A stretch of 64,000 bases of DNA. Origin: Octopus vulgaris. Its lineage: Eukaryota. The notes beneath the pieces were generated by a model. That model ran no database searches. It was not told the DNA's origin and saw only the letters and a list, made by a program, of their open reading frames with translations. The stretch is taken from positions 79,422,001 through 79,486,000 of the forward strand of contig OX597821.1 in NCBI GenBank assembly GCA_951406725.2, written 5' to 3'. A program made the translations under genes and the position numbers. Positions 53,197 through 64,000 of the stretch are shown here, in pieces (within the stretch, counting starts at the first letter, position 1; the number at the start of each line of letters is the position of its first letter).

Positions 53197-53422
53197 TCGT
53201 ATTTACCTTTCATCTTTTCGGGATCGATAAATTAAGTACCTGTTACATTTTGGCGTCGATCTAATCGACTGACCCTCGCCCAAAATTTCGGACTTTGTGT
53301 CTAGTGTACAAAAGAATACATGCAAATAAATTGCACAAGCTACTTCAACATACTAACACACACACACCAATGCACACTTGCGGGCACGCATAGATACACT
53401 ACACACAAATGAAAAGCAATGA

Positions 53423-53462
<40 letters not shown>

Positions 53463-54133
53463 GTGTGTGTGCCTATGTGTGTGTGAGTGTGTGTGACAAG
53501 ACTTCGTGCTGCATCACTTTTGTGAAGATTTGTCAGTGAACAGGTCGCGGTTTCAAAGCGACTAAAATATGACACAAATGAAAATTTAACGTTTAAGTGA
53601 AACTGTTAATACTTAAATACAAATGTCCCTTAGCGGTATTACTTAAATACAGGTGTTACGTACAAAACATTTTAAATGTAGGCTGTGAGGGCGTGTCATG
53701 AAACCCTAGCCCTAACGCTAACCCTCACCCTAACTATACCCAAAACTAACCCTAACCTTAAAATCTAACCCTAAGAACTAACCCTCCCCTTTAGGGCCTC
53801 TGTAATGCCGTGAATCTAATGGTTTTTGTGTTTTCTTGAATGGCTTACACACAACTTCCTTGCTGCAATTGTTTTTGCTTCAGCACATGATCTCAGATCA
53901 AGTCACTTGCTATGCAAGTACATACTCTTACTCTCTTTTACTCTTTTACTTGTTTCAGTCATTTGACTGCGGCCACGCTGGAGCACCGGCTTCAGTCGAG
54001 CACATCGACCCCAGAACTTATTCTTTGTAAGCCTAGTACTTATTATAACGGTCTCTTTTTCCGAACCGCTAAGTAACAGGGATGTAAACACACCAGCATC
54101 GGTTATCAAGCGATGTTGGGGACGATAAACACA

Positions 54134-54199
<66 letters not shown>

Positions 54200-54554
54200 C
54201 GACAGGCTTCTTTCAGTTTCCGTCTACCAAATCCACTCACAAGGCTTTGGTCGGCCCGAGGCTATAGTAGAAGACACTTGCCCAAGATTCCACGAATGGG
54301 ACTGAACTCGGAACCATGTGGTTGGTAAGCAAGCTACTTACCCCACATCCACCCCTGCTCCTATATACATATATACGACGGGCTTCTTTCAGTTTCCGTC
54401 TACCAAATCAACTCACAAGGCTTTGGTCGGCCCAGGGCTATAGTAGAAGACAGTTGCCCAAGGTGCCACGCAGTGGGACTAAACCCGGAAGTGTGTGGTT
54501 GGTAAGCAAGATACTTACCACACAGCCACTCCTGCGCCCCCGTATTTCTTTAGC

Positions 54555-55949
54555 TCCTACAGACAGCTCTTACCTGGTCGAAAACCATGCTGGGTATTAC
54601 TCAGCAAGTTATTTTCCTCAAGGAATGCGATTAGTTCTTTCTGACTATCCGTTCCATGACTTTGCTGATGTGTAAAGTCAGAGAGATAGGCCTATAGTTT
54701 TTGGCATCTGCTCTACTTCCCCCTTTATGTATTGGGCATATTATTCCCTCCTTCAGCTTGCATGGCATTTTGCCATTCGCAAGAAAGCTCTGGAAGAGTA
54801 TCTTGAGGGGTTTTGCTAGGGCATGCTTACACGCTTTGAGGAGGATGGCTGGGAAACCATCTGGACCAGCAGCTGAGTTTGTGTCCATTTCATATGGCTA
54901 GTAGGGCATCTTTTTCGCTAATGTCAATACATTCTATTGTAACCGCCTCGCTGGTTATAGGTGAGGCGGCAAAAAGTCCACTGGTTCGTTCACTTGTCTG
55001 TGTTCCAACGGTGTGGTAAAGACACTTTTGAACTGGTCATTCAGCATCTCACTGATCATAGTTGGACTGTCTGTGAGGGAGCCATCCTTTTGGAGGAGGA
55101 GTCCTATCTTGTAGTGCACTGAGACTGTTTCTTTCGCGTAATGAAAGAAGGCCTTTGGCTTTGGCTTTGATTTAATGTTTTTTATAACCCAGGCGTCTTT
55201 GTCTGCTTTCTCCCTCACATAGGATTGTTGCAACCTTTTTTCGATCTCTATCAGTGTTGTTTTTAGGTGGGACGTTTCGCTGCTTTTGGGATGTTGGTTG
55301 AGTCGATTTGCAACCTTCGTTCGTCGTCTCATGAGGATGTTCCTATCTCTTGGAATCTTGCTCCTATTTGTTTTGGCCTTGTTCTCTGGGACATATTTCT
55401 GGCATACGGCTTGCACAGAAGACATGAAACATTCTAGTTTCATGTCAATGTCTGGTGCGGAGAGACATTCCGGCCAGTCCTCTTTGAGGATCTCTTTTTG
55501 GATCGATTTCCAATCTGCTTTGTGGAAGTTCAGATTGGAGAGATTTCGGGTGCTTCCTTTAGGCTGTATGTCTCTTGTTACTTCCGGCCCAAACATAGAC
55601 AGCTCTATTATGTTGTGATCCGAATCTGATGTCGGTGTCACTTTCACATCATGAATGATGTCCATATTGTTCGTGAAGCAGAGATCCAGAATGTTATTCG
55701 CCCTAGTTGGCTTGAGTACAACTTGCTCCATGAATAAGGCATTGGTGAGGTTGAGCAGGGACTCCACCTGTACTTGCTTGCAATGATTCATTCCTGAGAG
55801 TATGTGACCTTCGGGCCATTTGACGTTGGGGAAGTTGAAATCACCCATAAGAAATATGGTCACGTGGTGTTCCAGTTTCATGAGGATTTCTTTAATTCTT
55901 GCGAGGCAATCTTCAAACTTGCCTATGTGATTTGGGGCATCCGGTGGGC

Positions 55950-55950
<1 letters not shown>
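54555..55950 (-). mobile_element. CR1/L2-like LINE fragment (APE and RT start)
   Basis: [35 protein letters not shown]. Confidence 0.85.
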
Positions 55951-56004
<54 letters not shown>

Positions 56005-56026
56005 CACATATATATATATATGTATA

Positions 56027-56086
<60 letters not shown>

Positions 56087-56111
56087 CATATGTACACATA
56101 TATATATGTAC

Positions 56112-56124
<13 letters not shown>

Positions 56125-56142
<18 letters not shown>

Positions 56143-57265
56143 TTTTCCTTGTTTCAGGTCAGAACTGCGGCCATGCTGATGCACCGCCGTTTTGTGCTAC
56201 GCTGTTATTGCGAAGAACCTCGTCAAATATGTGGCACTTGGTGAAGAATGGAGTTTGATATAGTTACTCTCATTTGCTCCTCTTGCCGTGAGGTAGGTTC
56301 TTCTGGGGCTCTCGACAGGAAGAGGTCCAGCTTTGATTTAAAACTTGCTACATCTACTTCGTGCAAGTTCCTCAGACTCTTTGGGAGAATATTAAAAAGC
56401 TGTGTGCCCTTGAAACCCAGGCTGTTGCAGTAGCTGGTCCTGAAGCGTGATGGCATTGCTGGGATCTTTGACACTATGCAGTGTCGTCCCGTTCTAGCAT
56501 TGGTGTAGCTTACAATGCCAAAATTTGGTACACTTCTTTTCAAGATCTTCTAGACATATATTACTATATATCTCTCCCGTCTTCTCTCCAGGGAGTAGAG
56601 TCTTAGCTGTTTCAACTTTCCCAGTAGCTGAGCTGTTGCAAAGAGACGATCCTCTTTGTGAATCTTCTATGGATTGCTTCAAAGTCTGCTGTTAATTTCA
56701 CACTGATGGGTGACCATAGCTGTGAGCAGTAATCCGGGCGGCTGAGGACGAATGTCCGCCAGAGGACCATCATGGTTTCCTTATCTCTGGTTCTGAATGT
56801 TCTTAGGATCCATCCAGCCATTCGTCTGCACTTTGTCGCCATCCTGGTAATGTGCACTTGGAAAGAGGTATCATCACTCATGTCGATACCCAGGTCCCTC
56901 ACAGACTTAGGCTCTGGGATTCAAATTCCCTGTGGACCGGTGTATCCTGTAAGTTTAATATTCAGTTTTGGATGCTGGTAGCGCAGGGCCTGGAACTTTT
57001 CAGCATTAAACTGCATATTATTATCCTCAGCCCATCTGTAGATTGAGTCCAACTCCTGCTGCAGGTGCGTAACATCGCTGGTGTTCTGTATTTTCTGCGA
57101 GACTTTTGTATCGTTTGCATAGCTTGCCAGAGTGGCTATCCGGGCATTTGAGGGCATATCTGAGAGGGCCACTATAAAAATCAGTGGTCCCAAGACAGTG
57201 CCCTGTGGAACACCGCTCACTATTTGTGTGTTCATACAGGTGGCTCCACTAACCACTACTGCCTG
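56125..57265 (-). mobile_element. CR1/L2-like LINE 3' portion with poly(A)
   Basis: GVPQGTVLGP, RDLGI, DYCSQLW, FKSKLDLFL; T run 56125-56146. Confidence 0.85.
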
Positions 57266-57280
57266 ATATCTATATCTATA

Positions 57281-57408
<128 letters not shown>

Positions 57409-57513
57409 TGTCAATAATAAAAGGGTAAAATTAATTAATTATTTATTACTAATTTTACCACTAACCACTACTGCCTGATATATCTATATATATATGTATA
57501 TGTATATATATAT

Positions 57514-57597
<84 letters not shown>

Positions 57598-57742
57598 TAA
57601 AATTACTAAGTCTCTCTAAAAGAGAGACTTAGTAATTTTAATATTTCTATTATTGAAAACAAGTGGATGTATTCCACCGAAGCTAGGTAAATAAAACCTT
57701 TGAACAGAGATTGTCGGAAGCGACACCTACTGGTTTGGCTAC

Positions 57743-57784
57743 GCTGCATTGAAAAGGGGCAATACCCCGAAACGCGTCTGTAGC
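57743..57784 (+). ncRNA. Type I HHR, U3-A8 compensatory variant, in a (TA)n-flanked insert (57588-57948)
   Basis: GCUGCA-UUGAAAA-GGGG CAAUA CCCC-GAAA-CGCG-UC^UGUAGC. Confidence 0.8.
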
Positions 57785-57943
57785 TGCCGGCCAAGTAGTG
57801 TGGAGCGACTGACCTCCCTTGTTCAAAGGTTATATGGATACAGTTTGTGTATCAAATAGCTAACTTAAGGCGATGGCCTCATGGAGCTAATAAGCGGTCA
57901 GCTTTATTCTTATTTTTATAAGAATGCCATATTAGTATGGCGA

Positions 57944-57997
<54 letters not shown>

Positions 57998-58281
57998 CAA
58001 TAATAAAAGGGTAAAATTAAATAATTATTTTTTAATAATTTTACCAAGTAGTGTTGAGTATGTAAAAAGACCATTTACGGTATATTTAAAACATTACGAT
58101 ATATAATTAGGGTTCAGTAAAATAATTTACTTTACCACACACTAAACTTTTAGAAATAGCAGCCAAAAAATTTGAGCTATTTCCTCTACTATAAGAAAAG
58201 TCTCCCAGACAATGTATACTCAAAAATAATTCACGCAGGCATAGAGGGGAAAATAACGAAAGATCACACGTACATCTATTA

Positions 58282-58344
58282 CTTGAGAACGCTGTTTCTG
58301 GATTAGTTGGATATAGAGATCAACATTTCCGTCATCAGCCCAAG
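58282..58344 (-). ncRNA. Type I HHR in a ~560-bp partial-tandem element (57993-58590)
   Basis: CUUGGG-CUGAUGA-CGGA..GUUG..CAAC..UCCA-GAAA-CAGCG-UU^CUCAAG. Confidence 0.65.
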
Positions 58345-58843
58345 ATTTCTTTAGGTTTGAATCTGAGAGCACTAAAAATCGAACATACCCGTCTGATATG
58401 TGTAATCCCAGACAAACCATCTTCGACCGCCAGTACTAATGAATTCAAAAAGTACGAATGAAGTTTTGTATCCTGCCTCGTCCACCCAATGAGTTATAGA
58501 GCAACTAGACCCTACAGAGGGATCAATAGTTTATTATCAGGGAGAGATAATTATATTGTCAATAATTAAAGGGTAAAATTAATTAATTATTAATATATAT
58601 ATATATATATATGGAAAAAAAAGTCAAAACAGAAAATGCTAAAATAATTTTATGAAAAACTTTTCAGTGCCGATTTCAGTCATTGAGACTTTTTCAACTG
58701 TAACAAATAAACGATTAAATTTAGAAAAATTAAAAGAAAAGTTTTTTAAAAGAATATTTGTATAGTGTTCAAACACAAGTGGCATTTTCCTTGTTTCTGC
58801 CTGTCTCTGACTCTCTTGATTATTCTTGTGGGTTCGAGGTCGT

Positions 58844-58882
<39 letters not shown>

Positions 58883-58883
58883 A

Positions 58884-60497
58884 CAGTTGCGGCCAAAATG
58901 TTCAGAACGGCATTGTTTTCGTCAGAAAAGTAGGTATAAGTTTTTATAAAAGTTGTTTTATATTCAATAATTTTCACAGACGATATCATTTGTAATTGTC
59001 TGAGATTTTGGTGTAATTTGAGAGGATAATACAAAAGTTATGGATGATTTAGTGATTTACTGCAAAACCCATAACGGCCAAAATGATCAGAACGGTTGCT
59101 TTCACTCCGTGTTTTAGTATATTTAACCGGCGAACTCTAATATTTTGAATTTGTTTACGTGACGGTTCGTTTACGAAACATTAGTAAGAATATCTGCAGT
59201 GTACTTTGTAAATATAATGCCACATACTCCATTACAAATTCGTCAGCAGATTATTAAGCTTCGAAAGAAGGATAATTTAAGTATTGGGTCTATTGCAAAG
59301 ACTGTTAACAAGTCAAAAATTGTTGTTCTCGGCATTCTTAAGGTCTACGATGATTGTGGTTCGTGTGTGGTTTGTGTGAAGCAAGAAAGTCTACAGGTAG
59401 GCCAAGAAAAACGACCAAGAGGGAAGATCGTGCTATGGTAAAGTTGGTTAAAAAGGACAGATTTAAAACTGCTGCTGCTGTTTCTCGGGAAATGAGCATT
59501 GTACTGAAGAAAACTTTATCTCGAAAAACTGTGTCTCATCGTTTAGTTGAACATGACCTACAAGCAAGAGCACCCGTAGTGAAGCCACTGATCAGCTCCA
59601 AGAATAAAAAGTGTCCTCTTACCTTTGCAACCGAACATGTATTGTGGTCTCAAGAAAAATGGCAAACAGTGCATTTCAGTGATGAATCTAAGTTTATGTT
59701 ATTTTGCTCAGATGGGAAAAGGTACGTTCGTCGAAAAGGAGATGAAAAATTGTCGCTTAAATGCTTTAAGACTAGTGTTAAATTCGGTGGAGGAAGTGTC
59801 ATGGTTTGGGGGATGATATCTGGAGATGGTGTGGGCACTGTGGGGCGATTACATGGAAAGGTAAATGCAGGAGTTTATAAACAACTTGTAAAAGATCATG
59901 TCTTGCCTGTGCTGAGAAATTCAACTAAGCGACCACCCATATTCATGCAGGACAATGCCCCATGTCACAAGGCTAAGGTGGTCCTGAACTTCCTCAAGGC
60001 TGAAAAGGTTATTGTTATGGATTGGCTTGATCAAAACCCAGATCTTAATCCAATTGAAAATGTGTGGAATATTCTAGGAGAACGTTCGAAAGCCAGAAAT
60101 TCTAAAACAACCGAGCAATTACGGAATGCCCTTCGGGAAGAATGGAATAAGATCACCGACCAAGAAATTGAAAATTTAATTTTTTCATGCAGTCGAAGAT
60201 GTCAAAGGGTGATTGAAGCTAAAGGGCTTCCCACTAAATATTAAATAATTCCAGTATTCTCTGTCATTTTTATTATTTTGTTATTTTTTCAACCGTTCTG
60301 ATTATTTTGGGCGCCATGGGTTTTGCAGTAAATCACTAAATCATCCATAACTTTTGTATTATCCTCTCAAATTACACCAAAATCTCAATTGTATTTAGTG
60401 TCTGTGAAAATTATAGAATATAAAACAACTTTGATAAAAACTTATACCTACTTTTCTGACGAAAACAATGCCGTTCTGAACATTTTGGCCGCAACTG
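58884..60497 (+). mobile_element. Tc1-family DNA transposon, ~210-bp IR/DR-type TIRs, TA TSD
   Basis: TA|CAGTTGCGGCCAAAATG...CATTTTGGCCGCAACTG|TA; inner direct repeat GGCCAAAATGATCAGAACGG. Confidence 0.97.
59217..60244 (+). pseudogene. DD34E transposase with one frameshift
   Basis: GRPRK, FSDESKF, QDNAPCH-34aa-E (PDLNPIENVW); 11-bp duplication at 59355-59376. Confidence 0.9.
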
Positions 60498-61168
60498 TAT
60501 ATGTGGAAATTTATTTAGTAATTATGAAACAGTCATAACAATATTTGCAGAAGTTTATAAAGTCACTGGTTGATAGTATCAATCGAAATAGTAGCATGGA
60601 AGATGAGATCAAATCAAAACTGAATACAAAAGGATTTATTGTGCAAATCTAATCCTCTTTACAGGATCAATTTGTTGTTTATATAAGGTGTCACCACCCA
60701 GCTAGAAAATGATCCACTGATTTATAGCTCATGATGTACAGTGTCTCCACCTAGCTGGTCAACAGACTGCACATTCCAGCAATCAAACAGTTAGAAGCAG
60801 AGTAATGAAGCTAACCAAAAAACGCAACACGATGACTGTTGCTAGGTTTATTTGTGTCACGAAGAACATTCAGCTCTAAATAATACTTTCAATAAACTAA
60901 TTTTCCGATGTTTAAGTTTTCTTATTCAAGATTTTAGAACCATCAACTTCTGTATATTGTTTACTCTTTTACTCTTTTACTTGTTTCAGTCATTTGACTG
61001 CGGCCATGCTGGAACACCGCCTTTAATCGAGCAACTAGACCCAGGGACTTATTCTTTTGTAAGACCAGTACTTATTCTATCGGTCTCTTTTGCCGAACCG
61101 CCAAGTAACGTGGACATAAACACAGCAGCAATGCTAGGGGGACAAACAGAGACACACAAACTCACACA

Positions 61169-61228
<60 letters not shown>

Positions 61229-61370
61229 TACGACGGGCTTCTTTCAGTTTCTGTCTACCAAATCCACTCACAGGGCTTTGGTCGGTCTGAGGCTATAGTA
61301 GAAGACACTTGCCCAAGGTGGCACGTAGTGGGACTGAACCCGGAACCATGTGGCTGGTTAGCAAGCTACT

Positions 61371-64000
61371 TTATTTCATATAATTTGCCATTTAGGCATT
61401 TACAAAGAGGGGACAAACAAGGACAGACAAATATAAAGGGTGAAGTAGCTTAACACAGTTAAAATTTTCGAATGAAATTACGGATAAGATTATAAACAAT
61501 GAGTTTTACGAAGACAATGTTTAAAAATATTATTAATGATCATGTCGAAGGACGGACACCCAGCCATCCGGGTAGAACCTTTACTTTCTGATCCGGTCAC
61601 ACTTACCTGGTGCCAAACATACCCAACTTGCATGCCATAGGCTTCCATCTTTTCACAAACATATCTCGTGACAGACACCTCTTCTCCAGCCTGATTTTGC
61701 TACTGAGGTGGTAACTAAAAAAGTTAATCAACCCCTGGCCGGAGACAAAGGTGCCTGTCACTATACCTTTCGTACGCGTCTTCCATACTGTTTCTTTCAG
61801 TATGGCTACTACACAGAAAAAACAAGCCTTTCTTTCCCTGTTAAGGAAAAGAGGCGGCACAATCTCGATGATAGACTCAGCTGATAGCTGTACTCTTCCC
61901 ATCACTGACAACAGTTGTTCAGCAAAAGCTATCAGTCCCGATAACTCCGGACACTCCACGAATGCGTGCAAGACGGTCTCCCTATCCTGCTCACATCGCG
62001 GGCATGTCGGCGAGACGGCACTACCGTGCCTTGACAGCTTGTCGCGAACAGGTAAAGCCGCACGGAAACACTGCCAGGCCAGGGATTTCTGGTAATTATC
62101 CAGATACCCCGGCCCGAACGTCCTCCGGAACAGGTTGACCAACTGATTTTCATCGTAGCCCAGGGTCTCCCCCAAGGCGTCTTCGGACTTAACCTCCACT
62201 AACCCGCTATAGAAATCCGTGGTGGAATTCCTGTTGCCGGCGTTGCCCACCCGAGAGAGTAGCTGGAGCGCCTGACGGCACTCCAAATGCCATTCACTCA
62301 GTTTAGGTCTCCGCTTGATCCATGCACCGATGTCCGTTAGGGATGTTAACTGGGGAAAGTAGAACCGGACGTGCGGTGACCACACCTGCTCTCCATCCAG
62401 GTAAAGCCAGAGGTGCCTCAACCTTAACGCGAGTTTTCGCATCCTCAGCCAAGGCATCCCTAGCCCACCCTTTAGCGGTTTCTGGCAGCAGACAGAGCGC
62501 TTTACAAGTGGCTTTCCTCCTTTCCACAAAAATCGGAAAAGGATTCTCTCCAACTTGTTCAGCCACAAATCGGGGCAAGGCACCACGGTCAGACGGTAGG
62601 TGATTACTGATGCTATAAACATCTGCACCACTTCCGCCTTCCCTAGCAGGGATAACGCCCGCCCAGACCAGGTTTGGGTTAGAGCGGTCACCATGTTGGC
62701 CACCTCACTCCAATTTTTCTCAATCTGGAGGTCTGTCCCGAACCAGACTCCGAGCAGCTTAACAGGACCTTCCGTCCAACGCCCTACGACGTTATTGGAC
62801 GGCATCGGCTTGCCCCTCCAGGTGCCGAGTTGCAAACCGACCGACTTGTCCTTGTTAACCTTTGCTCCTGCCACCGCCTCGTAGCTTTTGATGGCCTCTT
62901 CCACCACTGGAAGCTGGCCTTCGTCTGCCACGATGATGGAGGTGTCATCCGCATACGCCGTAGCTCCTCTTCCACACCATGGATCATGCGGGGCGCCCCC
63001 TAGTGCCTCCAACTTCCGCAGCAAAGGCTCAAGAGCCAATACGTATAGGAGCGAGGACAGGGGACACCCTTGACGAACTGAACGCTCGATCCTGAACGGC
63101 TTCGAAAAGAAACCGTTCACCTTGACTACAGACTCGATGTCGCTATACAAAGCAGCGATCCAACCTCGAAAGGTCGGGCCTAGGCCAGCCTCTCCGAGGA
63201 CCGCCGCCAAGTACCGATGGTCGACCCTATCAAATGCTTTGGACTGGTCTAAATGTACCAGTGCTCCCCCTGCGCCAGAAAGCTTCCCCACCCTCTCTAA
63301 GGAGTAGCGTATAAGGTGGAGATTGTCGTAGATTGTTCTGCCAGGGATAGCGCACGTTTGCGCTTCCCCGACAAGTTTGTCCACGACCCGCGCCAACCTT
63401 TTTGCTAGCACCTTGGCCAGAATCTTTAACTCTGTGTTCAACTGAGTTATGGGCCTGAAGTTCCCTATCTCGTCCCCCTTGTTCGGGTCCTTCCTGATCA
63501 ACGTCACCGCCCCCCGGCTCGCAGACTTGGGAATTCTCCCATTCTGCTGCCAGTTGGCGTAGACGCTAGCCAGCAGGTGCCCGAACAAGTCTGGCATACT
63601 TTTATAAAATTCATAGGGCAGACCATCGAGACCCGGTGACTTCTCCCCGGGGCACTTGCCCAACACCTCGATTACTTCCTCGGCTGTGATTGGCCCTTCA
63701 CAGCACTCAGCCTCTCGTGTCGAGAGGCGCGGGCCATCAGACAGGAAGTCCCTAAGGGCCTCACCATGATCCAGCGTCCCGCACCTCCCGAACAACTCGG
63801 CAAAGTGCTTGTGAAGTGCCTCACACATCTCGTCCCGCTTCTTGATCGTGCATCCGTTTTCATCAACAAGAGACCCAATTGTGGCATCGTTTCCACGCTG
63901 TGTTTCTATCGTACGGGCCCATCCGGCAACATTAATTCCCTCACGGCCCAATGCTCGTACTTTAGCCCGAACTCTACATCCCTCATGTTTGGTTTTGAGG
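61371..64000 (-). mobile_element. Second Tx1-clade LINE (3' part), ORF2 open to the window edge
   Basis: ORF 61603-63951 with QGCPLS, YADDT and CPRC..ETVLH..C; 3' end abuts a SINE A head. Confidence 0.92.

Noticed and set aside
58665-58700. U3-A8 HHR on the minus strand (and the G3-C8 copy at 53531-53574)
   Set aside because: U16.1 or G12 is mutated; counted only as decayed relics

Overview
Eukaryotic, repeat-saturated animal DNA. The (TA)n/(AAT)n microsatellites, tRNA-SINEs and Dong/Tx1/CR1/RTE/Penelope elements suggest an octopus or other coleoid genome, which is my inference. The only host gene I can support is the 3' part of a + strand gene missed by the ORF track: five symmetric phase-1 EGF exons plus a terminal EGF exon (7923-19382) encoding unusually Arg/Lys/Tyr-rich cbEGF repeats. 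The main hidden signal is about 16 type I hammerhead ribozyme (HHR) motifs from about 9 sequence families, mostly with palindromic stem III and several with compensatory core variants. They sit in non-coding, mostly (TA)n-flanked inserts that show partial tandem repeats and 5' inversions. These include a 360-bp tandem array (2212-3853) that looks like a non-LTR retrozyme, a diverged relative at 22.1 kb with covarying stems, and a Penelope-like GIY-YIG element as a candidate mobilising class. Also present: two Tx1-type LINEs, an IR/DR Tc1 with an 11-bp duplication frameshift, a solo LTR, a Helitron-like element, a TTAGGG-bearing MITE, SINE/LINE tail-sharing pairs and a 65-bp satellite. All structures were folded by eye and no searches were run.
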